A stretch of DNA of 64,000 nt. Source: Selaginella moellendorffii. Lineage: Eukaryota > Plantae > Lycopodiophyta. Every line of letters starts with the position of its first letter. The first letter of the stretch is position 1. The stretch is from contig NW_003314262.1 in assembly GCF_000143415.4 (NCBI RefSeq), positions 5,096,397 through 5,160,396 of the forward strand, read 5' to 3'. The position numbers and the translations under genes were made by a program. The notes beneath the pieces are model-generated. The model searched no databases. It saw only the letters and a list, made by a program, of their open reading frames with translations, and had not been told where the DNA came from. Below are positions 1-12,150 of this stretch, in pieces.

Positions 1-3000
1 CGACTGAATCACTTTTCAAGGAAAAGCTAAAGCTCAACCCTCTACTAAATAATCTCGTCTAGAACACAACTAACTCAACTTGCCACTCAGTTCAACGTCA
101 ACACAGTTGCTAACTAGCAAATGCACGAATGCCAACAACACAAAGCTATAGCCAAATCATCAACACTATATTCATCAAAACTAATGAAACTCAATATCAA
201 TCCTTGGAAGGATATCTCATTTCACTCAGATCTCAATATCAACAATGTCAATGACAAAGCATCACTTCAATGCCATCAACACCAAAACAAAGCTAGAAGA
301 AAGCATGAGTGAATCACCACTCAAAACTCTCTAGCAACCAAGCTAACCAAAGTCGAAGATACTTTAGTCCGTATCCAAGACCAATCCTCCAATAAAACTC
401 AGTTACAGATAACACTTCATCAAGGAGTGATTCACCACATCTAAGACTCAATGAAATCTAACACTACAGACTAAATGTAACCAAATGATATCAACAGAGG
501 TAGAGTCGACATGCCAACATGAAAAACTCATGTAAGTCTAACGACACGATCCTCCGCAACACCATCCGGTAAAGCAAGCCCATCACTGCTAAATCATCAT
601 CGAGCAAAGCAAGTGTTAACAGTCCTTGACGAAGTCTACAAGTAATCACTAGTTGCAAAGCAACTAACAATCACTCCTCAACTTACCTTCACAAGACCCA
701 AACACTAAACTCATACCATTGAATCATATACTTGTCCAACATGAACATAATACCCCAGGCACGAGATAAAGGTTCATGGACAAGCACAAATTAAATGACC
801 ACTCAAATCCAACTCAACCGTAATAAGCTCATCAACACGTCTAGTCAATAGCTCCGAGCATGCCTTGAAGAGGCTAGCTACACATGATCAACACTAAGTC
901 GAAACTCAAGTGAAGACCATGAGATGGACTCATATCGGTACACAACCTCCTCATAGACAAAGCTATAGTACGGGTACCAACATCTCAACCTCAAACAACT
1001 AAGTTGGACATCACCATCCTTAGCCAAGGCGCAGGGCCACCAAGACCAAGTCAAGATCAGTGAGAGCTCACTACTCTTATAGAGTTTTAACAAAATGCAA
1101 GGTGCAACCCACCACCGAGCATAATGCTACAAAAGAAAAGCACAAGGGTCACCCTTCTTAGAAAAGTGCCACTTTTCTATATCAACTCTAGACTCTATCC
1201 AACTCAATTGTTTTAGCCCCAAAAGTTAGCATCCCTTTCGGGCCGCATTATACAAACTACCTATCAAGGTCTAAGCTAACCAAAGTCAACTCCAACCCCT
1301 TCACTAGTTTGTACTGACTTACGAAAATGGAAAGGTTTTCGGACAAAGTGATCAACGGATCAGCTATTGGAAAAGCCTAAGAAAATTTGTGGAAAATTTC
1401 CATCCTAGAGAAAGAATGACTCTCAGTCCAGGATTGCAAACTTTCAAGACTCAACCAACTTCATCCTACAAACAACTTCACATAGGTTCACCTCGACACA
1501 GATTCTTATGACCCAATAGCATGCTTAAGCATCGAACATCTTTGCCCATATAACCGACATCGAACACTAACATCCGCAAAGTGCAAAATGAACATCCAAG
1601 GCTTGATCACGAAGACCACATCTTCGGATATCCATATTGCACTAACACCCTTCTTCAATCACCTTCAAGATCCAATGTGAAGCCAAAACACTAACAAGAA
1701 AAATGACATGGAAAAATCAAGGTCCAAGGAAAATTCCTCATCACTTGAAATAACAATGCCACTTCCACTAACACAAGTGCTAGTGATGTCAATGCCCCAA
1801 CTATACATCTTCTCCATCCAACAATCTACTCCAAGTGCTAACGGATCAACCGACAAGCTATAGCAAATGAATGCTACAACCCTTTCCAACACCTAACAGG
1901 CAAACTCAAGGAAACAAGGTACCAACTTAAGCTTAGCATAATGGACCACCATCGAGAATCTAGTCAAAGCTACTACAATGCTACTTCGTGCAAGTAGACT
2001 AGCTTCTCCATCAACCACTTTGGGGTTGATCATCATTTAACCAAGCAACTTCGTAAACACATTGCTCATTATCACATGGATATGATATAGAAATCACAAT
2101 AACTTGATCATCAATTGAGCAATACCACGAGTAATGCCAATGTCATTACTTTAAAGGTTTATGTGAGTATCAAGTGCTAACTCAATTTGACAAAATGCAA
2201 CATAAATGCCACACTCCACCGATAGAGATTTACAACACCCAACATCACTAACTTTTGTTCACAACACGGACAAGCTCATGCCACTCTCTTTCCGACCAAA
2301 CTCAACACTAATCCAACACCAAGCTACTCAAGGAGCAATAGCAAGGTTCCCCGAAAAAGAATTGAGCATTGCAACCCCAGTCTTCCATAGCAAGCCTAGA
2401 CAAAATGGTATAACGTTTCACCGCTATCCATTCCACAACTCACCATTTGTAAGACCATCACTTCCAACATGCATCAAGATAGGGACTCTTGATTGCATGA
2501 TGTGAACACAAGTAATGAGTTAACACCTCGTTGCAGATCATCTCTCCAAGAAGAGAAAATGATTTATGTATTTGATCCTCCGTCCCCGATGACTCTCTTT
2601 TCAGTTTCATCTTTGACTAAACCTCAAACTTGCTTTCGCACTGCCTTCAGTTCAATCCAAGAAAAGTTTATGAGAGAGCACGGCCATGACTACTTGAACC
2701 AATAGACTAATCCCTATAGTCTTGATTGATCCACTTATAATCATGCCTAGGAAGGATCCACTAGTGCCGTGCTAAACAGCTACGGACCAGCCTATTTGCC
2801 ACTCATAGCAAACCCAGGGAAGTTTGCGTTCACCCATGGTACATGGAACAACTCATGGATCCACCGATAGGCTAACATTAATCCTGCCAACTCAAAGTGT
2901 AACCTCAAGTTGCTAATGCGCCTCACTCACGAGCCCAAGCGCAAACTCGTGTAACATAACAACTTAGTCCACCCTATGAGCCCAAGAGCAAGCTCACATA

Positions 3001-3155
3001 TTATGAAACACAGAGGTAACCAAAACCTATCCCAAGGAACCAATGCGAAGTCTTTGCACCAAAACGTGTACCCACTCGGATCATCGTTTTCATCTCTGCG
3101 TATGCAACGAGACTAGTTGCCCAATCTCATTGGATAGTTCTCGCCGAGACTCTAT
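1..3155 (-). mobile_element. Internal region of an LTR retrotransposon (family A), degenerate, no long ORF, runs off the window
   Basis: Lies directly inside the PBS at 3156-3166 and the LTR at 3169-4301. No ORF of 100 aa or more in the track; internal domains not recognisable. Confidence 0.6.
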
Positions 3156-3166
3156 CTCTGATACCA
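3156..3166 (-). promoter_or_regulatory. Primer binding site (tRNA-iMet)
   Basis: ctctgatacca is the reverse complement of TGGTATCAGAG, 2 nt from the LTR terminus. Confidence 0.9.
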
Positions 3167-3168
3167 AA

Positions 3169-4301
3169 TGTAGTGCACGTGGTTTTGACCCTTTATCCTA
3201 CGGTGATTTACCATAGGATAACACCACAAAGCGGAACCTAAACCCTCTTTGTGCCACGTGACAGATGCCACGTGTCACATGCCACGTGTCCATAGGAACC
3301 CGAGGTTCAGGGCCTTGGGCCACTGAACGAACGAACGGTGCCAAACTCCCAAGCATAGAGCCAAGGAGTGATGGAACCGAACCATGGAGCAACTCTCGAG
3401 CATATAGCCCAAAGAGTGAAGGGACAAGGGCCCCAAGCGACTTGGAACAATCCTGGAGCAACCAGCATCCCAATGCCAGGACTAGCATGCAAAACGGAGC
3501 CAAACGGAGTCTGGCGCTATTTCGGCATACCGGTGGCCTAACGCGAGGATATGGGTACTCCACCAACTAGCATGGAATGGAACTTGGGCTTAGACTCAAG
3601 CCGGATGCAGAACAAGGACAGGCACGCAAGCGGGAGCTAGACTATGCCTCATGTTGGTCGGCCATGCCCGACCTACCCACTATCCCTACTATACATTTGG
3701 AACCCCCCATAGCCCCCCCCCCCTTGAGGAACACACGCTTTGGGCTTTCACCCCAAGCCTCCCTTAGTATCAGGAGTTAGTCTCTGGGACAAGCTCAAAA
3801 CTTACTAAATATGGAATGTCCCTAGATTGCGAATTTGGACACGGGACGAACACCATTGTGTTCAAAACGATCTCTACATTCCATAGATATGCCAAATGAG
3901 CAAATCTGGACACTTTCCATAAATAGCATCTGGGACGAATTGAGACTAACACAAAGGGCATGATAGCGAGGGTGTTTGGCAGACACAGTAAGCTATCATG
4001 TAGCGATATTGAGGGACCAATCTCAATACGCAAGGGTTCTTGTCAAGCCAGTGCAAGACAGAGCAAAAGAGAACTAACAAGCCGGGCCAAGTATGCTCAA
4101 CTAAATAGACACTTAGGAATTCCTTCCTTATGCTCATCCGGCCAAGTACAGATGCAAAGTCCAGTTTACTAACACTTGAACAAGAGGGACTAATAAAGGG
4201 TCCAGCAATACCGACCTCCTGCCATCGTGGCAGTAAGGTAAGAGTGTCCGTAAGGACTAGCCGACAGGTAACTTTCGATACCTGAAGTCACATTCGCGAC
4301 A
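3169..4301 (-). mobile_element. 5' LTR of family A element (about 1.13 kb)
   Basis: TG...CA termini (tgtagtgcac...cattcgcgaca), adjacent PBS, and end-to-end similarity to 39555-40684. Confidence 0.85.
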
Positions 4302-5399
4302 GATATGCCATACGGATAAGCAAACCTAATTACAAGCTATAACTATTGGACTTCATGGCTGCGGGCACTGGATTTTCTCACATCGAAAGGTATGAAGCGA
4401 TGGGAAAAACCCTAACATTAGGGTTTCTTGCTTGCATCCATTGCCGCCGCATTCTCCAGGAGCACATCCACAAGCAGAGCAAGGTTGGGCTGTTGCAAGG
4501 CTATGTGCTAGCACAACCACGCATATTCCCTGCCCACTCCAGGATCAACAGCCACTTTATTGCACACTACAAGAATGAGTAGTGCCAACGAAGTGTTTGC
4601 TTGGGTATACCTCAAAACAAGCTTACACCCACCACTAAGGTCACAAGGAATCTCACTACTGCATTCCTGGCCACGCAAAAATGGGTAAAACAATTTGGTT
4701 TCTTCATTTCTCTTCACCCCTGGCTTGTAGGAACTTTTTCTGGCTAGAACACCGGAACTTAGTGCCATGGCAGCACAAGGGGTGTTCATTGACTCTGCCC
4801 AGGTAGTGCTTGTGAATCAACTATTCCAGTTTCTAATCATCCCCTTAGAAAAAAGACAGGATGACAGTGACTAGACTAGACGACGAGATCCATAAGTCAA
4901 TAGATAGCGATCAGATTGAGCATGTTCCCTAGTTCTAGTCTCTAGAAGTTACTTTTGATGTGTGGCCCGGGCATGTACCTAAGTACATTGGCTTGCGAGC
5001 ATTAGTCGTGCAAATCTCAGTTCATTCTTGAAACCTAGCTTCCTACTTTCACAAAATGAGAGACAGAGCTAGCAAAGATTGCATTACTAATCCTCATACC
5101 CCCCAAACACCCAAACCATAGGAGGTGACATAAGAAATGCTTAGAGAAATCATTTTGGTCGTGGTCAGTACCAGGTTACCGAGCGGATGATCCTATGCCT
5201 CAGACGAATATATTGAAAATGGCCTAGTCGATTTGCTTAACCATAAAAGGCTTCTTTTAAACACCACTAGACACTTCTCATCCCAATCATGACTAGTGGC
5301 ATGTTTTTATATGTTTTGGAGAAAATTGGTCAAGGGAGTAGCAATCTCTAAGAAGTCCTTCATAAATCATTACAAAACTCTAGCCATACCAAGGAAATT

Positions 5400-5632
5400 A
5401 TAGAGATCATACATAGTCAAAGTGTTCGATAGGTTGGGAAAGGCAAAATACTTCTCAAGGATTGACATAAGGTTAACATATTACCAAATTAGGGTAACAA
5501 GGGAAGATGTCAAGAAGACAACCTATCAAATAAGATATAGAAGCTTTGAGTTTTTGGTGATGCCCTTTTGACTATACAATTCATCGACAACATTCTCGGC
5601 ATTGATAAATTACATTTTTGTACCTTATTTGA
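5400..5632 (+). pseudogene. Ty3/gypsy reverse transcriptase fragment
   Basis: Hand translation VFDRLGKAKYFSRIDIRLTYYQIRVTREDVKKTTYQIRYRSFEFLVMPF*LYNSSTTFSALINYIF matches Ty3 RT motifs and contains a stop. Confidence 0.85.
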
Positions 5633-6154
5633 ATTACAATAAGACAATCTTTGCCTTGATATCCAATCTTGTAGTAATGAGAATAATAACCCTCCACCTT
5701 GTCATTCTTTTATTGGTTCAAATGAAGTTTCTTGGCCTCATTACCATCTCTATTCTTCGAGTCATGATATAGTAATGGTTTTTTCTTCACCAAATATGGA
5801 GCATTGGCTAGTTGGTCATTATATTAACTACCCTATAGACCATCCTATTGAACAAATTTGACTAATTTGATTGACAATTTTGGTGAAAAGATTTGAGCCT
5901 TAGTGATAGCATGACCTATAAGTTTTATCACAAAAAGTCAATCTTTACCTTGTCCTCATAACAGTTGTAACCCCAACTTTGCCATGATTCCAATCAACAA
6001 TCAATTTCATAGCTATTATAAATATTTGGTGACAATTTTTATTCCATGATACTATAATCCTTGGCATATTTTACGTACCAATAGTATTCATAGACACAAC
6101 ATTGATTCAACCCTTGATGTGAAGCAGAAAATTTGTAATACATGTTGTTTTCAC

Positions 6155-8446
6155 CCTTTACCCTATAGTGTTTTACCAAAGGATAACCATAAAGTGGAAC
6201 TCTAGCTTTTGGATACATAGGCCAAGGGTAGTGGAATAAAACTTGAGTTCAAGGCCTTGAGCTACTAAACTAAAAGACAGAGCTAAACTTTTGAGCATAT
6301 AGACAAGGAGTGAAAGAGTTATAACACAAAATGACTTTTGAACATTCAACTCAAGGAGTGAAGGAATAGGAGTATGGAGCAACTCCCAAACGTACAACCT
6401 AAAGAGCGAAGAGATAGGGGCATGAAGTGATGTTAAAATAGTCTTAGAGCTTCTAACATCTCAATATCAACACTAGCACGCAAAATGGAGTTAAATGGAG
6501 TCTAGTGTTATTTTAGCATACTGGTGGTCTAATACAAGGATATAGATACTCCACTAGCTAACATGGTATGCTTATGCTTAAACCCAAGTCGAATGTAGAA
6601 TAAAGATAAGCATGCAAGTAGGAGCTAGACTATGCCTCAAGTTAGTCAGCCATGCCTGACCTACCTATTATCCCTACTATACATTTAGAACCCCTCATAA
6701 TCCTATTATAAGTAATTAAAGAAAATTACCTGAAAAATGATCCATAAAGTTCAAATATAGAGAGAAAAGGCCCATAAATAAAAGTGCATCCTCTTTTTCA
6801 AACAATTAAGGGATTTAGGAACTTAGGGTTAAAAATCCTCGGGTTTAAATAGTACTAGACTAGGTGACCTTTCGAGAAGTCCAAACTCAAGAGGTTACAT
6901 TTCGTATCAGAAGGGGTCTCTCGCGTCCAACTTTATTGGTTGGCTAGAGGAATTACATCACATGTTGATTGACATTTAGCAAATCCAGTTTGCTCCTGTT
7001 AGGCTTAACCTGAAGAGTGGGGTGTCAAGAGAGTATGGCTCTCGAGAGAGCTACAACTCTTAGCTTCCATTCATAAGGGCGTGAATTTGTAGGGAAGCAT
7101 AGTGAATTGTAAACAACCAAAAACTTAAGAGATAATACATAAAGTTCAAATATAGAGTGCACCCTTTATTTCAATCAGTTAAGGGTTGTATGATACTTAG
7201 GATTAAATGTCCTTAGATTTGAATAGTATTAGGTTGGGTGACTTTCTGGGAAGTCCAAATGCAGGAGCTTACACCTACCCTATAGTGTTTTATAATAGAA
7301 TAATCATGAAACGAAACTTTAACCCTTGGACACATGGGCCAAGGGTAATGGAGCAAAACCCAGGTTTAGGGCTTTGAGCCATGGAACGAAGACACAGAGC
7401 AAAACTCTCAAGTATATAACTAAGGAGTGAAAGAATTAGAGTAAAGATGACTTATAAGCATTCAACTTAAGGAGTGAAGGAGCAAGAATATGGAGTGACT
7501 TTTGAACATACAACCTAAAGAATGAAGGGATAGAGGCACGGAACTAAAGCATGGATAACTCATGAGCATTCAACTTAAGGAGTGGAGCAAGAGTATGGAG
7601 TGACTCTCAAATATACAACCCAAGGAGCAAAGGGATAAAGGCATGGAGTGATGTTGAAATAGTCCTAGAGTTTCCAACATCCTAATGTCAAGACCAACAT
7701 GTAAAATAGAACCAAATGGACTTTGGTGCTATTTTAACATATTAGAAGCCTAATGCAAGGATATAAGTACTCCACTAGATAGTATAGTATGGAGATTGGG
7801 GCATAGACCCAAGCCAAATATAGAACAAAAACAAGTACTCAAGCAGAAGCTATATTATACCTCAAGTTGGTCAACCATGCCCAACCTACCCACTATCACT
7901 ATTATATATTTGGAAGCCCCATGGCCCTACCCTATGGTGTTTTATCATAGGATAATTATGATGTGGAACTTTAACCTTTGGACACGTAGGCCAAGGGTTG
8001 TTGAGCAAAACTTGAGTTTAGGGCGTTAAAACACTTAAAGAAGAGATAGAGACATACTCCCAAGCATACAATCAAAGAGCAAATAAATTAGAGTATGGAT
8101 GACTTCTAAGTTCAATTTAAAGAGGGAAGGAGTAGAAGCATGGATTAACTCCCCAACATATAGCCCAATGAACAAAGGAATAGGAGCATATAATGATGTT
8201 GAAATAGTCCTAAAGCTTTTAACACCCCAATGTCAGAACTAACACACAAAATAGAACCAAATAGAGTTTAGTGTTATTTCAATATATTGGCGGCCTAACA
8301 CAAGGATATGAATACCCCACTAGCTAGCATAATATAGAGCTTGGGCTTAAACCCAAGCTGAATACAAAACAAGGACAAGTATGCAAGTGGGTGCTAGACT
8401 ATGCCTCAAGTTAGTCAATCATGCCTGACCTACCCACTATCTCTAT
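6155..8446. repeat. Three head-to-tail degenerate units (about 520-650 bp) related to one end of the family A LTR
   Basis: Units start near 6155, 7274 and 7926 (ccctatagtgtttta...ggataa) and end in ctacccactat-like motifs. They match about 3190-3710 with many C>T and G>A changes. Confidence 0.7.
6707..7273 (+). mobile_element. Degenerate Cassandra-type TRIM (5S rRNA-derived LTRs)
   Basis: Colinear with 10438-11030: 5S-like tagtactagactaggtgacctttcgagaagtcc, eroded PBS ttcgtatcagaag, near-TSD CCTAT/CCTAC. Confidence 0.8.
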
Positions 8447-9108
8447 TGTAATGCATCTTATTTTTCTCCCCATAAGCCAATTGAAAAATAGGCAATTGCT
8501 TAATAAGAAAACCCTTCGTGGCTATTTTATCCTCATTTATCCCCCAATGTTCTAAGGATCTATAATGACAATATATCTAAATCTCATCCCATGATCACGT
8601 ACACTACACTCACCCCCTTTTTAGAGATGTCAATGTCCTCATTGACTATTGACTAACAACTTCTACTAAGCCAAGGGGAACTAGCACCACCATTTCCGCA
8701 CTAAATTTACCAATTCTTCCATTGTGTAGACCAACTATTTTATGTAAGGCAATTAGTCATCCACTCGTACCGCAGTCCCACGGTGGATACCTTCATCTGT
8801 GGATGCTCCACCAAGAGGAAGGATGTATGCATGGATGCCCAATACATACGATTTCAAATTTAGGGGTAAGAATATACCTTGCTCAAGGGTATATTATACT
8901 TTTAAGTAGCCACTAATCAATGGGAATCAAACCTGTGCCATTTCCTCTGATACCACATGTAACGCACCCTATCTTTTTCCCCTTAAGCCAATTGAATTGA
9001 TTAATAAGAGAGCCTTAGTGGCTATTTTATCTCTATTTATTCCCCAAGGTTCTAAAGATTCATGGTGACAATATATCTAAATCTCATCCCATAATCACAT
9101 GCGCTACA
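8447..9108 (-). mobile_element. TRIM (non-autonomous miniature LTR retrotransposon); LTRs 8447-8608 and 8958-9108
   Basis: Direct repeats with TG..CA ends, reverse-complement PBS ctctgatacca at 8945-8955, reverse-complement PPT ctcacccccttttt after 8608, near-TSD TCTAT/CCTAT. Confidence 0.85.
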
Positions 9109-9132
9109 CCTATTATACATATTATATATTTG

Positions 9133-10330
9133 GACATGGCTAAAGACGTCTAAAACTATGTAAAGACATGTCCAATATATTAGTAGGTCAAAGCCATGAT
9201 TAAGGCAAGTGGGGGCTTATTACAAAGCCTCCCAATTCTAGATCTTCCATAAAAATGTCTTATCACGGGATTCCCCCCAAGTGAGGGGTTGATGCAATAT
9301 TCATGATGGTGGACTGATTTTCAAAAATAGCATATTTTATACCCACCACAATGGAAGTGGATGCAAAAAGTGTGGCAAAGCTATTTTTTTAACAAGTGGT
9401 TTGAGTGCGGGGAAGGCCAAAAGAGATTATCTCAAATCGAGATAATATTTTCACTAGGTATTGGGTATTAAGTCAAGTTTAATGGCATTAACACTTCTTG
9501 ATAGATGGACAAATGGAAAGGGTGAATAGATAATTAGAGGATTATTTGCAATGTTATATCTTCGAAGACCAGACTTATTGGGTTTATTTAGAACTTGTGA
9601 AAATGTGTTATAACAATTCACCACATTTAAATATTGGGGTGAGTCCATGGGAAGTCATCAATGGGTGAACTATTGAAGGTCCTATGAAACTCGGCATAGC
9701 TGAGTATCATGGAGAGTTACTTGCAATGGAGGTGTTCACGGCAGAAAGACTCAACATTTAGAATCTAATGAGGGATTCCTTGGAATGGGCTTAACAAAGG
9801 CAAATTAAATACGTAAACCAAAAATGCTGGGATGTAAAGTTTTAACTTAGGGATAAAGTGTAGCTGAACACTAAGAACCTAAGGTTACCAAGTGGGATCA
9901 ACTGGAAGTTAACCTAAAGATAAAATGCATGTATTTCTGGAAATGAACTGATCTTGAGTTCCTTAAACAGGTTTATGGGGCCTTATGAAATTCAGGCTTG
10001 AATTAGTAAAATGGCTTACCGCCTCTGACTTCCTCAGAAGATAGGGAAGATGCGCCCTATGTTTCACGTGAACTTACTTAAGCCGTACTTTCTTTAAGGA
10101 CCCACTTCTCAAGGACCAAGTAAGACATATACCTAAAGTTATCCAAGGGAAAGAAGAATACGAAGTCAAGGCCATCCTCAATGTGTGCAAGAGCAAGTGA
10201 TAAGAACGAAAGGTGAGGGAGTTCCATGTGAAGTGGAAAAGATTTTCACACTATGAAGTAACATGGGAATTGAAGGAAAACCTTACAAATGCATGAGATC
10301 TAGTGAAGGAATTTTTACAAAGTAGAACTA
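9133..10330 (+). pseudogene. Ty3/gypsy chromovirus integrase plus chromodomain remnant
   Basis: Translates to ITGFPPSEGVDAIFMMVD*FSK..., GRPKEIISNRD, FMGPYEI...AYRL*LP...MFHVNLLKPY (GPY/F module) and EEYEVKAILN...FHVKWKRFSHYEVTWE (chromodomain). Many stops. Confidence 0.9.
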
Positions 10331-10437
10331 TATGTACTTATGCAAAATTTAATTAAAGAATCTATTTGAGAAATTGAGCAATGTCATATGTTGGGACCCA
10401 AAGGCATGCCGAAAGTAAGCTAATTAGCATATGTTAG

Positions 10438-11030
10438 TGTAAGCAACCAAAGGGAACGATTCGAGAGACGATCCATGGGGTTCAAATATAGAGGGAAAGG
10501 GCCCATGAACAAGAGTGCACCCCCTTTTCCAATCGGTCAAGGGTCTTGGGATAGTTGGAGTTAAGCGTCTTTGGGTTTGAGTAGTACTGGGATAGGTGAC
10601 CTCCCGGGAAGTCCAAACTCAGGAGCTTACATTTGGTATCAGAGGGGTCTCGGGTCCGACTCTGTTGGTTGGCTAGGGGAATCACACCACATGTTGATTG
10701 ACATCTGGCTAGTCCAGTTTGCTCCCACTGGGCTCGACCCGAGGGGTAGGGTGTCAAGAGAGCGAGGCTCTCGGGAGAGTTGCGGCTCTCAGCTTCCGTT
10801 CACGAGGGCGTGAACTTGCAGGGAAGCGTGGTGGATTGTAAGCAACCAAAGGGAACGATTCGAGAGATGATCCATGGGGTTCAAATATAGAGGGAAAGGG
10901 CCCATGAACAAGAGTGCACCCCCTTTTCCAATTGGACAAGGGTCTTGGGATAGTTGGAGTTAAGCGTCTTTGGGTTTGAGTAGTACTGGGATGGGTGACC
11001 TCCCGGGAAGTCCAAACTCAGGAGCTTACA
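10438..11030 (+). mobile_element. Structurally complete Cassandra-type TRIM, 593 bp; 194-bp LTRs (10438-10631, 10837-11030) containing 5S rRNA-derived sequence
   Basis: TG..CA LTRs differing at about 4 sites, PBS TGGTATCAGAG at 10634-10644, purine-rich tract before 10837, perfect TSD GTTAG. LTR segment gagttaagcgtctttgggtttgagtagtactgggatgggtgacctcccgggaagtcc resembles the plant 5S rRNA 3' half (A box, IE, C box). Confidence 0.93.
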
Positions 11031-11035
11031 GTTAG

Positions 11036-12150
11036 CTAGGTTGACCAAGCATAAAGAATTATACCTGACTCCTTATGGGGATGTCAAATCCGTAAACGTA
11101 TTCTACAAAGGTTGGGTTTGAGTCCCAACCCTTTAGTAAAGCAAGGTTGGGTTCAAATCCCTACCCTATACTCCCCAAAGTGTTGTAAACTAAAGGATCC
11201 ACAAAAGCATGACCAAAATGATAAAGAGTTCATCAGACAAGACTGAGTCTGAGATCAAGTCCAAGACTGATTTTGAGACCGAGTCCGTGATCCGAGATTA
11301 AGTTCGAAACCAAGTCTAAGACCGAGTCCGAAATCGAGTCTGAAACAAAGTCTGAAGTTGGGTCCAAGATCAAGTATAAGACCAAGTCTGAGGTCACGTC
11401 TGAAATTGAGTTTGAGATTGAGTTCGAGATTGAGTCTAAATACTAATATAGGTAGTGGAATGAAAGCCCAAAGCGTGTGTCTCCCAGAGGGGGTTGTAAA
11501 GTATAGTAAAGATAATGAGGTCCAAGAATCAATTTTCAAAGAACTCTCACTTGAGGTTGAGCCTGAGGCTTATAAGCCTTGGGTGGGAATGAGTATGGAT
11601 TCAGGTGGTGCTAAAGGGGCTACCCAAGGAAGTTCTTAAGAGCAACTCCCACTTCTAGAAGGGAAACCAATTGTCGTACTCCTGGCTCATGTGGAGTGGT
11701 GCCCCATTTGAGTACTTTGCAACTCATTGCCCCTCACCCTTTTTAGAGGCTTGGGCCTTTCCTTTGGGATGGAAGTGGGGTAATAGGGGTACCCATTAAG
11801 CCATAGGGTTTCCCTTTAGTGTCCCAAAGCAAGTGTTGTAGCCAAAGTTTAAGATTTAGAGGGTTCCATGATCAAATTTTGTTGTACCAAGAGATATTAG
11901 GAACCTAGAGGTTTGGTATACTTGGTTGCTTGTGTTTGCAGGGAGTGTAACCAAACCTTAAGTCTAGTTTAACCTAGGGAGGGGGATTGGGAGAGAACTT
12001 CAGAATTCATAGATGGATGGCTAAACCTCTATTGTTTGTGTAGTGAGTTGTTAAAACCAAGTAAAACCAAGTAAAAGCTAGTACAATAAATGAGAACTTT
12101 GGTAAGGGATTTTAACTAAGGTTAAGGCCATAATGGTCGGATAGTCATGG
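11036..12150 (+). mobile_element. Degenerate LTR-like sequence related to family B, probably the 3' LTR or UTR of the chromovirus
   Basis: Eroded hexamer array at 11240-11440 followed by tgaaagcccaaagcgtgtgtctcccag, as in family B LTRs. Boundaries uncertain. Confidence 0.5.

Noticed and set aside
4346-4789. Short ORFs between the family A LTR and the RT fragment
   Set aside because: No motif I can assign; possibly gene or transposon debris.
10555-10620. 5S rRNA gene
   Set aside because: Only the 3' portion is present, embedded in both TRIM LTRs.
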